A stretch of 62,930 nt of DNA, filler included, from Lenisia limosa (GCA_001655205.1; 11 parts of 11 records of this genome joined end to end with filler, not necessarily neighbours in it), one strand, 5' to 3'; positions 35,354 to 49,700 are shown, numbered from the whole stretch's first letter. The notes: generated by a model from the sequence alone, not told the origin. A program made the numbers and translations.

Positions 35354-38300
35354 CTTTCAGCCCTATCACGAAGCTCCTCTCGCCCTCTCTCCATCATCCC
35401 CGCCCCCTCACTACCCTCATCACCCTTTACAACTTCTAAAGCCAAGAAAACGATTGAGGTGGAAAGCATAGTGTTTTCCGACTCATTAAATGGCGAGATC
35501 ACCCCCCATGAAGAAGCAGAATTGAAGAGGAACCTAAGTTGCGGTAGCGTTTCGAACCATCAACAATTAAAAGAAGGCAAGAATGAACGAAGTCCCAGAT
35601 CCCCCCGGCAAATTCAACTGTCCGATCTGGAACCGCTTCTGGTCAAACCCACACCTTTGGATCCCAATAAGGCAAGTCCTGATAAGGAAACTCCCCATAA
35701 GGCAAGTCCTCGTAAGGAGAGTCCCCACAATGAAAGTTCTCCACCACCGCCGCCTCCTCCACCACCACCCAGTTTTGGGAGAGCCCCGAATGCCCCTGTG
35801 CCACCCCCGGGTATCCCTCCTCCTCCCCCTCCTCCGCCGGGATCGAAGGTCTGCCGAAAACTATGGGATTTACAATAAAACTCCGTTTTTGGTCCACAAC
35901 CGTGTTAAACGGAATTTTTCATCGAGAATTCTCTTTTTTGGGCTTCTGATTGAATTTCTCGATAAATCATCAATATTTTTCGATAGATCACCATTCATAT
36001 ATCTGTTCGGAGTGAAGCCCTGATCAAATGTATCTATTTTACATTTATATTAGTAATAGAAGCTAGCTTGGTGTTTCCTGATCTATTATTGACAGATTTG
36101 AAGTTTTGAAACTATTAAGTAGAGATTCAGGAATAATTTATTGAAGAATATTGGCTTCAAGGAAGGGGATAGTGATATTTGCCCCTTCGATTCTTGAAAT
36201 TTTCTCTGATTGTTTAGGCAGCCGCACACAAAGGTGGGCATTGAAAAGACAGAAAGAGCATGAAATAAAGACCGTTTTTACGGTAGCGCAAAAGTTGTCA
36301 TTAGTTATGTGTAGGGCTTCTCTACAGTCCTAAAAAAAGACCGAATTTCTCAATAAATCTTTGAAATTTTAATGGTCGTGTTAGAACCGTAGGGAAGCCC
36401 TAGTTATGTGACAATATCCTCTCATAGTATGATATAATACATGAACTGACCGGGATAAGTCTTGATCGATTTGCTCCATGATTTCCCAAGAAAAATCGGT
36501 CAAGGCTAATCCCATATATTGGATTTCTATAATTTGTTACTAAAATTTATGTTGCTATCCCTTTAGCACCCCGATATACCTAACTTCACAGCTCCCTGGC
36601 AACCCGGGTTCGAAACACCTAAACGTCTCCATTGGAACAAATTATTCAACCATCACGTGAGCAGAAGGGGGGGGGGGNNNNNNNNNNNNNNNNNNNNNNN
36701 NNNNNNNNNNNNNNNNNNNNNNNNNNNNNNNNNNNNNNNNNNNNNNNNNNNNNNNNNNNNNNNNNNNNNNNNNNNNNNNNNNNNNNNNNNNNNNNNNNNN
36801 NNNNNNNNNNNNNNNNNNNNNNNNNNNNNNNNNNNNNNNNNNNNNNNNNNNNNNNNNNNNNNNNNNNNNNNNNNNNNNNNNNNNNNNNNNNNNNNNNNNN
36901 NNNNNNNNNNNNNNNNTTTGGTCAGGCCTCCGCAACCAAAACCCAGATATTGCCTGGGATGACATCTGGACTGCTTTCTGCGAGCCCTCCTCCTTAAAGA
37001 GGAATGGCGCAAATCTCAAAACAAACTCGAAGAAGAAAGGTAGCTTGAGCTGAGAGCTTTTGAATTTTGGATAATGTTTTTTTTGTTTGTTTTTCCATCC
37101 TTTGATCTGATTCCCAAATACTACATGGGAACCCCAAATCAGTACATCTAGCGACTAATACCCAAACCGGTTACTTTTTCGGGATAATTCATCATAAATG
37201 TGATCATATATGTATTAATAGTAACATTGGATCGATTCAGAACGCATTTAGTAGGTCCTGCAAGTTGAGGCTGAAGTGTTCCAATAACATAACATGACCA
37301 GCCACGACGCGATTCCCTGCAACAGAAGAATATCCCGACTAGTGAAGGCGAGGCGTTGAGGCCACTCGGTTGACACTTCTCACGATGGACTCTGGTACTT
37401 AGGCTGAGAGTAGTAACGAAACCAGACATATTTCAAACATTGAGCGATTTGAGAGCGGAGACCTTGAATCTATGTTCCGCGATTGAATCATGGCTAAGAA
37501 GGCAACCTTTAGTGCGATTGCTCAGCAATGAGAGGCTAGTGACTCGTCTTTCCAAGGTTGAAAAGTCAATTCTTTGTGTTAAAACCAAAAGCAAACTGTG
37601 CTGGAGAGGATGAGGTTGTGGGACAGTGCCTGGGAGGAGGTGGCTCTGTCCTGACGAGGCGAGAGTCTTTGGAGGGTGGGAGGGCGGTGCGGATGGCTGG
37701 GATCGTCTTGGAGATGGTTGTTTGAACAATTTCCTGACAACAGAAGACAAGCAATGGATCACCCGGTAGATTACTCAAAACAACTACCATTCATCATGTT
37801 TACCTTCACCGAAGTTTCACTTTTGAGCTGGGGGTGATAGCTGGGGGTAACCTTGTTTTGTTTTTCATATGTTGACATACTACATAGTCCCAGAATCTAT
37901 CCTGAGTGCTATTTATCAGCACACCCCCACCTCTCCATTTGTTTCGGTTTTGCAGAAGCGATTGGCCTGGGCTTTTTCTTTGTTTTGTTGTCATCAACCC
38001 TAGTGTGTTATCAGCCAAGAGGGTTGTTTTTGGGTTTTTCTTTGTTTCATATTATTTTCAATTGTGCCTCCCAAATTTTGGGCTTTTGATTTTGTTTCAA
38101 AAATTTCCCTCTCCATCACCCCCCTCTTCACTTAATTTAAGTTACCCATCACTTTTTTTGGACATTAAAAGGTGAATTATGTGAAAGTTAGAGAGGAATG
38201 AAAAACCTTTGTACAGCTCTCTGACCCACACAGCTCTGGTGATATCCCTCCTGGAGAGGAAGCGTTCTAACAACATTGAAATTACTCTGAAAAGGCTTCG

Positions 38301-39540
38301 GAAAGCCGCGATTATCGAGGGTATTGCGGCCCGACTCCTGACACTTGATTTTGATGGTGAGAGGGGGGGGGGTCTTTCAGTGATATTTGGGGTGAATATT
38401 AGAGAATTTGGTTGGAAATGAGATATAGGNNNNNNNNNNNNNNNNNNNNNNNNNNNNNNNNNNNNNNNNNNNNNNNNNNNNNNNNNNNNNNNNNNNNNNN
38501 NNNNNNNNNNNNNNNNNNNNNNNNNNNNNNNNNNNNNNNNNNNNNNNNNNNNNNNNNNNNNNNNNNNNNNNNNNNNNNNNNNNNNNNNNNNNNNNNNNNN
38601 NNNNNNNNNNNNNNNNNNNNNNNNNNGAAAATCAAAAAAGAATCTCTCATAAAGAACATTTATCATAAAGTCATTCTGCCTGCTAGCTACCTCACCCACC
38701 AGAATGGTAATGATAATCAAGCAATCAAAATTATCAATTGTGGTCGTAAATATTTTCTGGATTTTTTCTCATGTGGACCTTTTGGACACATTCATATCTG
38801 TAAAAATGGTGACCAAAGCCTCCGATCATTTCTAAAGGATGTTGATAAAAATCAAATACAATATCACTTTTTGGATCATTTCATAAATACGTTATATTTC
38901 CACGGCTTCGACCAGATACCAGCCTGTTTTTTTTTTTTNNNNNNNNNNNNNNNNNNNNNNNNNNNNNNNNNNNNNNNNNNNNNNNNNNNNNNNNNNNNNN
39001 NNNNNNNNNNNNNNNNTGAGCTTCTTGTACTCCTGCTCTCCATTCTTCCCACTTCTGAGGAGCAAGAAGAAATACGGCTGTTTAATGGTGGGGTCAAATA
39101 TATCTATTTCATAATAGAATCAAAACTAGTATATGTTTATCTCTTATAAGCGTGATGCTGTGGACGGCTTCTGCCAGATACGACCTTATTTTTTTATTTC
39201 TCATTGTTCTATATTTAAGTTGTACTTTTACTTAACTATATGTATCTTTATTATTTATATCTCGTTCAGGGGACATTTCCCGACTCGGTGATGCTGAGAA
39301 GTTCTTTTACTCCCTTCGAGAGGTTCCTGATGCTATTGGTAGGGTGGGGAGTTAGGTGAGGAGAGGTGGTATTGATGGGATTATAATGCTGGAGGGGTGC
39401 TATAGTTTGGGCTTAACTTCGGTTCGAAAAAACTTGGTATTTTTATTTTTTTATTATTTTATGTTTTGTTTTTCTCACTTCAATAGCGCGTGTGGATGCA
39501 GTACTCAGCATGTCATCCTTTGATTCTGAAATTCAAGGTT
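35354..39540 (+). CDS. Formin (FH1-FH2), partial
   Basis: Polyproline FH1 (35740-35840), then FH2 exons WSGLRNQNPDIAWDDIWTAF, ISLLERKRSNNIEITLKRLR, ELLVLLLSILPTSEEQEEIRLFNG|GDISRLGDAEKFFYSLRE and RVDAVLSMSSFDSEIQ. Confidence 0.92.
36312..36402. mobile_element. MITE family A, variant TIR (TAGGGCTTCYCTACRGTCC), perfect 8-bp TSD
   Basis: GTTATGTG at 36304-36311 and 36403-36410. The same variant occurs at 45560-45659, 46578-46673 and 50678-50779. Confidence 0.9.
37948..38110 (+). repeat. Near full-length repeat family E in a formin intron
   Basis: TGCAGAAGCGATTGGCCTGGGC..TTGTTGTCATCAACCCTAGTGTGTTATCAGCCAAGAG..TTTGTTTCATATTATTTTCAATT. The same start is seen at 59068 and, reversed, at about 40110. 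Confidence 0.75.
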
Positions 39541-40562
39541 TGTACAAAATCCTTTTTGGGGAGAAAGCAACTTTAAAAAATAACATTTTGGGAGTCAAAT
39601 ATATCATATATGCCTGGACGGGTAAACCTGATAAAACCCGATAATTGTTTTTCCACCCCAAATGTCTTAATTTTTTTTAATTATTCTTCTTTTTCTTTTA
39701 ATCTCTTATCCTTATTTTAGACAAACCTTCACTTAAACGTATTTTTTGGTAATAAGAAAAGGTAACTACTGTAGCTCATATGACAAACACGTTTTTCGAG
39801 AAAATTAACACATCAATACCGAGAAGGCATATTGGCGTTGGGCTTGGTTGATGCCTCTGGAGATGTACGTTTCTTACTCAGGCGTAACTTTTGATAGGAT
39901 GTGACAAAAAGGTCGAGTTAAACATCAAAAAAAACAACATACAATATTACCTGAGTTGCACNNNNNNNNNNNNNNNNNNNNNNNNNNNNNNNNNNNNNNN
40001 NNNNNTTAATTAATTAANNNNNNNNNNNNNNNNNNNNNNNNNNNNNNNNNNNNNNNNNNNNAACACACAGGACTTGGAAACAACAAAACAAAACAAAAAA
40101 GCCCAGCTAGTCGCTTCTGCATGTTAGATGGAAATTGACAGAGGATTTGAATTGTTTTTTGACAGAATGCACACAGCCCAGAATCATAATAATGCCCATT
40201 CAAATAATAGCATCATCAGATTGACCAACCCCCAACCCACCCGGTGTAGTCTCAACAATTTTGAGTACACGCATCAACCGAATAAATCGAAGGGCTGGGC
40301 TATTGCCGCTTTGGGCAAGGATGAGTTCTGGGGGGGGGGGGTTAAATTAANNNNNNNNNNNNNNNNNNNNNNNNNNNNNNNNNNNNNNNNNNNNNNNNNN
40401 NNNNNNNNNNNNNNNNNNNNNNNNNNNNNNNNNNNNNNNNNNNNNNNNNNNNNACTAATCACGAACAGAATAATCTGAAACTCCAATCAAATACAAATTT
40501 ACGAAGAAAAATAAAAAAAATATTGGAAATCAATGTGAAACCAAAATTAATAGCGCCACTCA

Positions 40563-43500
40563 CCAAGGACAGATGCTGTGGTGACTATGAAGTCGAATTT
40601 GTTCCATCCGGCTGAAATGTACTCTTTGAAGCCTTCTGACCAGATCTGGGGGGGGGGGGGNNNNNNNNNNNNNNNNNNNNNNNNNNNNNNNNNNNNNNNN
40701 NNNNNNNNNNNNNNNNNNNNNNNNNNNNNNNNNNNNNNNNNNNNNNNNNNNNNNNNNNNNNNNNNNNNNNNNNNNNNNNNNNNNNNNNNNNNNNNNNNNN
40801 NNNNNNNNNNNNNNNNNNNNNNNNNNNNNNNNNNNNNNNNNNNNNNNNNNNNNNNNNNNNNNNNNNNNNNNNNNNNNNNNNNNNNNNNNNNNNNNNNNNN
40901 NNNNNNNNNNNNNGAGAACCACACGGCCTCGGCCACCCACTCGGGCTGAACAGTCATGTATCGAAAACACACAACAAAAAAATGAGGGAGGAATAAATGA
41001 GATCAGAGAGAAATATAAAGCTTCCGGTGAGAAATAGGTATATGTATTTGCTCAAGGTCCTACATTATGTCTCGAATTAATGACATAATTTAGGACAAGA
41101 TAGGATTAGAGAAATCTATTGGGTTCACCGAGAAATCTATGGGGAACCGAGAAATCTATGGGGTTTGATGACAAATACTATCGCCAACATTCTCAAATCA
41201 GCCCCATTTCCCCACCTCCCCTCGTCTCTGGAGGCAAAGAACAAGGACGTAGCTGACGATCACTATAGTCACAAATATGTCGAATCCTCTGGAGGGGGTG
41301 AAACATTGATATTTGCAGAAAAGTCTCTATTGAAACTAGGATCATATAGAGATCCGGCTGTTAAACTGATAAAGAAAGCACGTGGCGCCTATCACTCCTA
41401 TTCCTATCATTCCCATCACTCCCGTCACATCTATCTCTCCTATGTCCATATTCACTCTTATCACTCCTATCACGAGCATCATTGAGCTTAAGCAGCAACT
41501 CCTCCCCCCTCCCATCTCCCAACTTTGAGTTTAAGGATTCACCCCCCACCTTGAGTTCAGGAAATGATAGAGCCAGGATCGAAGCGGCGTTTCAGGGCAA
41601 ATCGGCTGTCTACTCGGCCGAATATGGACCATGACACGCTCAAGCCACTGGAGTGTTAGAAATGTCCGTTTTGGGGTTAGATATGCCATACAATGACCAG
41701 GAGAAGTCTCGACCGATTTGCTGTGGATTATCCTCATGTCAAGTCACTGTATGTCAGTTTTGGGGTTATTTATAGGGCTTCACGTCGGTTCGAAAAAAAT
41801 ACTAAATCCTCGGAAACTATCGATATTGTACCGGTCTTTTTTGAACCGAAATGAAGTCCTAGTTATAATACAATCTACTTCCCCCAAACCTCTCGTTGAT
41901 GGTTAGTGAGGAAAATATGGGCACCAAGGTCTTCTTGCATGGATTGATAGGCAACTACCACCACACCAACCTGGGGGGGGGGGGGGNNNNNNNNNNNNNN
42001 NNNNNNNNNNNNNNNNNNNNNNNNNNNNNNNNCTGACAAAAAAATACCCAACACTTGAAGAGGCTGAGAACAAACGCCCAACATACGAAAAGGTTAAGCA
42101 CGAAGAATGCACCGAGGAGAACGAACAAGATAAAGTACAGCGACATCACCGGCTGGTTGTTGGTTTTTGGCTGTTGGTCAACTTCGGTTGCGTCTATACC
42201 CGAATACATAACGTCCATCCAGCCTTCACGCGTTGCAACCTAATGGTGTGAGCAATAGTGGTTTATCAGACACAATAATAATAACAATAATAATAAAAAC
42301 ACTTTTTAAAATTATATTGGATACAACATGAAAAAGTAAGAGAGAGAACAAAGCAGATGTTGAACCTGCCTACTTCAAAGAGCGTCATGAAGGCACGAAG
42401 GATATTGTCGAAGTTATAGTCCTTATTTGCCCATGATCGCTCCGTTATCTGGAAAAGGGTGACATTGATATTCTTAAAAGAGAATTTACACACTTTTTGT
42501 TGAAATTGAGATGAATATAAATGAGTCATCTTGATAAAATGAAGCAGTAACTGGCAAAATCGTTCCGTGCAATTAATTAAAAAAATAATGCAAAATTTAA
42601 AGTGGAACATATTGACCATTTCAGATACTTTAACTTCGAATTTTGTCCATTTCCTCAAATTAATTGCGGGAAGTCCTACAAAATTGCTATAAAAATGCAA
42701 AAAAAAAAAAGGNNNNNNNNNNNNNNNNNNNNNNNNNNNNNNNNNNNNNNNNNNNNNNNNNNNNNNNNNNNNNNNNNNNNNNNNNNNNNNNNNNNGTCTA
42801 CGGAGTTGTCATTGCACGAATAGAACTTCCCAGCAAAGAGCTGAACGCCAAGAATTCCTGAAGTCTTTAGTTATGCAAACAGTAACGTGAAAAAATGGGA
42901 ATTACAAATGAAAATATCTGCCAAAATTCGCCAATGCTATAATGCTTAAAGGGATATCATATGATATGGTCTCTGGTGTGTAATCTATCCCAAATAACAG
43001 TTTTGTACGTCCAGGGCCACACTTCGGTTCGAAAAAAGACTGCATTTCTCGATAAATCCTCGAAAATTACCGATATTGTACCAGTATTTTTCGAACAGAA
43101 GTGAAACCCTAATATGACAATTAACAACTTTAAGCAGCAATCAATAATTTGCAATGAAGAATAAAACTTTTTAAACAATCACTACTTGCTGGTGGATCAC
43201 ATATTCCTCATTTCTTACATGTAATATATCACATATAAGATACAATACATAGTATATAATTATATATACAGTGGATATAAGATACTATACAATATACAAA
43301 ACATGTATTATGTATGTATATGGCTACCAACCGAAAATCATCCAAAAGAGTAGCGAAATCAGGGCCACTTCCTTGATACTCAGAAGGGACCGGAAGAGCG
43401 TGTTCACCACTCGGCGCATCCCCTAAAGAGTGATGGAACGCTATTAGATTAAGAGGGATACAGTAAAAGTGATGTTAGGGGTTTCTATTGGATTTTCTTC

Positions 43501-45880
43501 TTTAATACCCTAAACAGTCAGGGGTTTGTAATTAGATTGGGAAGGGAAGGAGTCAGTAAAAACAACTTTGAATAATTAGAATTACTCCATATTTGCCCCC
43601 TCCCTGAACACAACCAGCACAAGTGATATGACCAACATCTAGGGCTTCACTTCAGATTGATAAAAGACTGAGTTAAAATTATCGATATTTTACCAACCAA
43701 AGTGAAGCCCTGTTCATCATATCTATTTTTTTGGGCATTCTGGCATTATCCCCCCCCCCCCCCTNNNNNNNNNNNNNNNNNNNNNNNNNNNNNNNNNNNN
43801 NNNNNNNNNNNNNNNNNNNNNNNNNNNNNNNNNNNNNNNNNNNNNNNNNNNNNNNNNNNNNNNNNNNNNNNNNNNNNNNNNNNNNNNNNNNNNNNNNNNN
43901 NNNNNNNNNNNNNNNNNNNNNNNNNNNNNNNNNNNNNNNNNNNNNNNNNNNNNNNNNNNNNNNNNNNNNNNNNNNNNNNNNNNNNNNNNNNNNNNNNNNN
44001 NNNNNNNNNNNNNNNNNNNNNNNNNNNNNNNNNNNNNNNNNNNNNNNNNNNNNNNNNNNNNNNNNNNNNCGCACTTACTTTGTTATTGGGCAAAAGCAAG
44101 GACGCTGCAGCCGAGACAACAATGATAAAGTCAAGCACGTTCCATCCTGACCTCAAGTACGCGCCTTTGTGAAAGACCACACCCAACGCCAGCATCTGGT
44201 TTTTTTTTGGGTTAGGGCAAGGATTCACTTCAGAAAACAATAAAGGTAAAATATCGGTATTTATCGAGGATTTATTGATAAATTCAGTCTTTTTTTTTGG
44301 ATAGAAGTGAAGCCCTAGTAAGGGCTCACACTATTGGGAGTAGCTGTGTTCATCCGTTTCTTATCCTCTCCCTTCTTTTAATATTTCACATAAATATTTG
44401 CAAATTTCCGTCTGTTTGAAAGGTGTCATTTCTTTTTGTCAATGGTAAATCAAATCGGTTTTTTTTACAAGTAGAGAAACGTTTATTGTAAAAATGCAAA
44501 ATATAGTTCAGTATGTAATATCCATGTAGTCAACAGCAAATGTAGTGAATCTATAGCAAATGTAGTGAATCAACAGCAAATGTAGTGAATCACCAGCAAA
44601 TGTAGTGAGTCAACAGCAAATGTAGTGTATCAGTAATTACTTTCACACTGAGACCCCCCACCCACTTTGAGCATCATTTCGATGAAGAATACGACAAAGA
44701 AGCCGAGGTCGATCCACCAGAAAACCTGGAGGGGTTACGACTAGGGCTTCACTTAGGTTCGAAAAAAGACTGAATTTCTCGATAAATACTCGAAAACTAT
44801 CGATGTTTAACCGGTCTTTTTTGAACCGAAGTAAACCCAAGAATATAGGAAACGTACAATTAATACCCTAAAAAAGAGACAGATTAAGTCTAATTAAGAA
44901 AATAAATAGAAATTACGAAATAACTAAGCCTAGAACCATAGCTTATATAAGTATCTCCAAACCAGATCCCCTAATACGTATTGGACTTCTCACCAAATTC
45001 ACTAAAATCCTGTCAAGATACGAAAACTATCCTGCGGAATTATCCCGAAGGCTCATTTTACTTACCACTTTTATATTTTTTTTAAAAATAAAAAAAAAAT
45101 TGAACCACCTTAATATATTTCTTGCTCAAAAGAAATCCAAAAGCTTTGGTTTTCTGCTTGTTTATTGCCTCCACGAACCTGGGTGGACAATGGGCGCTCA
45201 TCCAGGCGATTTGGGTTGTCAAACGCTAGGGCGATTCCACTCAGTGCAATCAGAATCAGAATAAAGTTCTAAAGGTGTGAAATCAGGAAACAATCAGAAT
45301 AAAGTTCTGAAGGTTTGAGATAAGAATAAAAACGTGCAGTGCACTATTATCAGAAGCAGGACGAGAGTTCCTGGTAGAATCAAAGTTCGTCCCGTCCGAT
45401 CCCTTGTCAACATGTATATAGTTTACATTTCGAAACTGAGATGGTTTTGTTTATGTTATACAAGGGGGAGGGATTACACAGCGGGGGAAAGGCAGACAAA
45501 TCAATGATCTGATAATATGCTTGCAAACGGTCCTATAGGGGGGAATAGATACTGATACTAGGGGTAGCCTTATCAGCAATAAAAGACTGAATTTATCGAT
45601 AAATCCTCGGTAGATATCGACATTTTACCAGTCTTTTTTCAGACTGCAGGGAAGCCCTACTTGCCAGAGGGGGAAGACGCTCCGCGATATTTATGGTTGA
45701 TTATTTGTTTATGGTATCCCAATGTATTCTTATGCTTCCCTAGATTAATTTATTGTCTTGTCTTGAAAAAAAACAAAAAAAAAACAGCCACACACCTGGA
45801 ACCAGTTGGTCATTCTGATGGAGTTGGCTTGGCGTCGCAGCTTGGAGTCCGGACCAAAGAAGAAAAACGAATGTCCAATT
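40563..45880 (-). CDS. Four-domain voltage-gated cation channel alpha subunit (Cav/NALCN/Cch1-like), repeat III and start of IV
   Basis: [43 protein letters not shown]|[66 protein letters not shown]|[26 protein letters not shown]|[30 protein letters not shown]. Confidence 0.95.
44531..44630. repeat. 20-bp minisatellite, 5 copies
   Basis: CAACAGCAAATGTAGTGAAT-like units. Confidence 0.9.
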
Positions 45881-46740
45881 NNNNNNNNNNNNNNNNNNNN
45901 NNNNNNNNNNNNNNNNNNNNNNNNTTAATTAATTAANNNNNNNNNNNNNNNNNNNNNNNNNNNNNNNNNNNNNNNNNNNNACATCTCACAGCGGTTTTAT
46001 ACCCCCCCCCCCACTTCATAAGCGTTTGAAACTCAGCATAGGCTTCGGGCTTCAAGCTGCTTTTGATCTAAAATCGTAATTTATGAACTTGTTGATTATA
46101 ACTGCTTTTAGCTGCAATCCAAATCGTAATTCAAGTCAATATTGTGATATAGTAATATACATACTATCTTCGATAAGTTCGGCAGTTATATCAACCTTCG
46201 TTTTTCGTTTCTTTTTACCAATTTACCCTTTTTTTCACTCTATCCAATAAACATGGCATGTCGCCCCCCCCCCNNNNNNNNNNNNNNNNNNNNNNNNNNN
46301 NNNNNNNNNNNNNNNNNNNNNNNNNNNNNNNNNNNNNNNNNNNNNNNNNNNNAAACTATGACACTTCAGAGTTGATACAAGAAAACACCAAGACAACAAT
46401 ATATTGATGTTAGTACTTTGATTCGCCCCACTCCCCCACTCCAATTAGACTCTTTGAGTGTATCCCCACATTCACTTTTTTTCCAACAGTTCAGAATCGC
46501 TCTCATATAGACTAGCTTCAGTTTTATTCAATCATCATCAATGTACCTACCAATCCCACAATAATTAAGTCATATACCTCTTCCCTACGGTCCCAAAAAA
46601 GACTGAATTTCTCGATAATCCTCGACAAATATCGATATTTTAACGGTCTTTTTCGGACCGTTGGGAAGCCCTTTATTACCCCCCCCCCCCNNNNNNNNNN
46701 NNNNNNNNNNNNNNNNNNNNNNNNNNNNNNNNNNNNNNNN

Positions 46741-49700
46741 CAGAACTGTGAGGCTGTAACTTGCTAGCGGACTGGGATGCTGTCTTAGTCGAAGTTTGAG
46801 ACGACCCTTTAACAGAGGGCTGAGATTGGAGGGAAGACGGAGCTTTAGTCGCAGCTATTTCAAATTGTTGGCTTTTAAGCGAAAGTGAACCCTGGGTGGA
46901 CAGGCTCGATGATGTGGACTGTGACTGGCCGAAGTTCTGGATCATACTGAACGCGGAGCGTTGTCGCGCAGTAGCTTTCTTGGTGGATTTCTGTTTTTTG
47001 ACTGCAAGGGATTTTGAGGATTGGGTGGAGCTGAGAATGCTCTTTCTCTTCTCGATGAGCTGAAAGGTCAGATGGGGTATGTATTTCGTAAATACATATA
47101 ATATATTAGGCTTCACTTCGGTTCAAAAAAAAGACATTTTCTCGATAAATCCTCGAAAACTATCAAGTCTTGACCGATTCGCTTGTGACTTTTCAAGGAG
47201 ACTTCTCCCAGTCCTGTATTCTTCACCCCTCCCCCCACTTGGCTACTGAGGCTCTCTCCGCTTCGAAGGGACGACACGTCAATTTCGTAGGCTTTTGATA
47301 GGGGCTACAGGGATGAAGAATGCAGGAAAGGCTTTGATGAGACTAGGCATATTCAGTAGAACTTCACTTCGTTGGAAAAAGACCGGTAAAGTATCGATAG
47401 TTTTCTAGGAGTTATCGAGAAATTCAGTTTTTTTGGGACGTAGGGAAGTCATAAGGGTGGGTATACAACATATATAACATATCATGACAAACAGAACACT
47501 GTAGATGGTGGAAAAGTTGTCTCCTAAAGGGATGCAAACGGCTTTCATTTCGGCCATTTCTACCCTCCCCTCCAACAAAAATAAAATAAAATGCGGCCAC
47601 GTTTCACTTCGGTTCGAAAAAAACTGAATTTCTCGATAAATCCCCGAAAACTATTGATATTTTACCGGCATTTCTAAGAACGAAGTGAAGCCCCCGCCCC
47701 CCCGGCGTGCGCAATCTTACCTTAGGGTTTGTGTCTTTGGTATTTGTGACCGAAGGGGGAGAGGGGTTAGAATCCATGGTACTGCTGAACTTGGTTCGGA
47801 ATGTTGAGGATAATGAGCGTTTGAGGGACTGCTGTGGGTTGGAAATCACCTAATATGGTAAGTTATTAAGGAAGAAAGTTATCTAATTTGGGAGGAAGGA
47901 AGATAATTAATACTATTTGGTACCCCTCCCCCCCCAGGTACTAACCTGGTCAAGGTCGGGCCAGTCCTCTTCGGCTTTGACTGCGGGGGGATTCGGTGGA
48001 GCTGAATTGGTTATTGGGGGTAGTGGCACCAGCTTCATAAATATGGATTTTTGATAGAATCGTATATAAGGTAATGCTGGCACCATTGGAGAAACTATTT
48101 ATCAGAAGCGCTGTAGAGATACTAGATATATATCTAGATATGTATGTCAATAATAACATCTGATAAACTGTGAAGTATTAAATACATAGAATAATATGTC
48201 ACATAATATGATATATTTTCATCATGCACAATATCAACACACAGCATACCTTTTCCACCAAACAAATGTCCTGTTGGTTTAGACGGCAGCTTCGCGTTGG
48301 AGAACATGGCGTACCCCTGGCAGAGGAGGTAAAACTGGACAATATATGAAAAAAACAACCAAAAAAAAAAAAAAAAAAANNNNNNNNNNNNNNNNNNNNN
48401 NNNNNNNNNNNNNNNNNNNNNNNNNNNNNNNNNNNNNNNNNNNNNNNNNNNNNNNNNNNNNNNNNNNNNNNNNNNNNNNNNNNNNNNNNNNNNNNNNNNN
48501 NNNNNNNNNNNNNNNNNNNNNNNNNNNNNNNNNNNNNNNNNNNNNNNNNNNNNNNNNNNNNNNNNNNNNNNNNNNNNNNNNNNNNNNNNNNNNNNNNNNN
48601 NNNNNNNNNNNNNNNNNNNNNNNNNNNNNNNNNNNNNNNNNNNNNNNAGGTCGTCGCCAGAGATACAGATATCCTGCAGCTGCAAAGGATCGCCATGCAG
48701 CCCTTCGCTGGAAACCTCCAAGAAGACGTTTCGGAAAGGAGCACAGAGGAAAACAGGATGATTGGTACACTGTACTAATCACAGTATTTGATTACTCTTT
48801 TTGGAGTTCGAATGCATTCAGGTTATCACCGATAGCGACTCGGATGAAAAGGAGACCCACATCAAGAATAATGCTAAAGAGGGCTTTTTCTCTGACAACA
48901 TCTATCAGAATCCCGAGCATGTTCATTATTCAAGTAAAATGCGTTCAAATCGGGGGCAACATTCGCTAGCCTTTTGGACCTACTGAACTTGAGCGGCTCA
49001 CGGCAGCATTGCTACCCTCGCTGTTTGGCATGTTAATACCGGAAATGCTGACTAACTTAGAACAATGACGCCTCTCAGCAGGCAGGTTTAACAATTAATT
49101 TACAACCAATTTCACAGGCCGAGTACCTCAAGGTGCTAGCTGATCGGCATAGAGATCTTTTGAGAGATTGTTAACATAATAGATGGGTCCAAGGAACCCT
49201 GATGTATCGTGTAAAGTCAATATCTGCGATTGTATTATCGTCAATGAACAGTACTGCTGGGGCAATAGGTGGATTCTTTGCCCCCAGTGTGGGCTCTAAC
49301 GTTCGTGAGACCATACGAATGAAGCAGGCGGTGGAAGGGCGGGTACAGTCAGAGATAAAAGAGCTGCCCCTTTTCGTTCCGNNNNNNNNNNNNNNNNNNN
49401 NNNNNNNNNNNNNNNNNNNNNNNNNNNNNNNNNNNNNNNNNNNNNNNNNNNNNNNNNNNNNNNNNNNNNNNNNNNNNNNNNNNNNNNNTATTTCCGTATC
49501 CTTTTATAAACTCCTACCCGTTGATCCATTATAAATGATAATTCTAAGCCCCGTGGAGGCCTATATCACCTCTACATTTGCACAAGTATCTTACCGGACT
49601 CCGGGTTGGGGTACTTGTTCAGTCATATTTGGGGCTTAAAAATTCATGTCCGTAATTCAAAACAATCAGCCTTCTGCGAAGCAGGCGTTCTGTTACCCGA

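Noticed and set aside
41361-41500. Channel S1 exon (SMMLVIGVI..)
   Set aside because: It is a low-complexity GAGTGATAG-type repeat; a better in-phase S1 exon ([21 protein letters not shown]) lies near 41225-41290.
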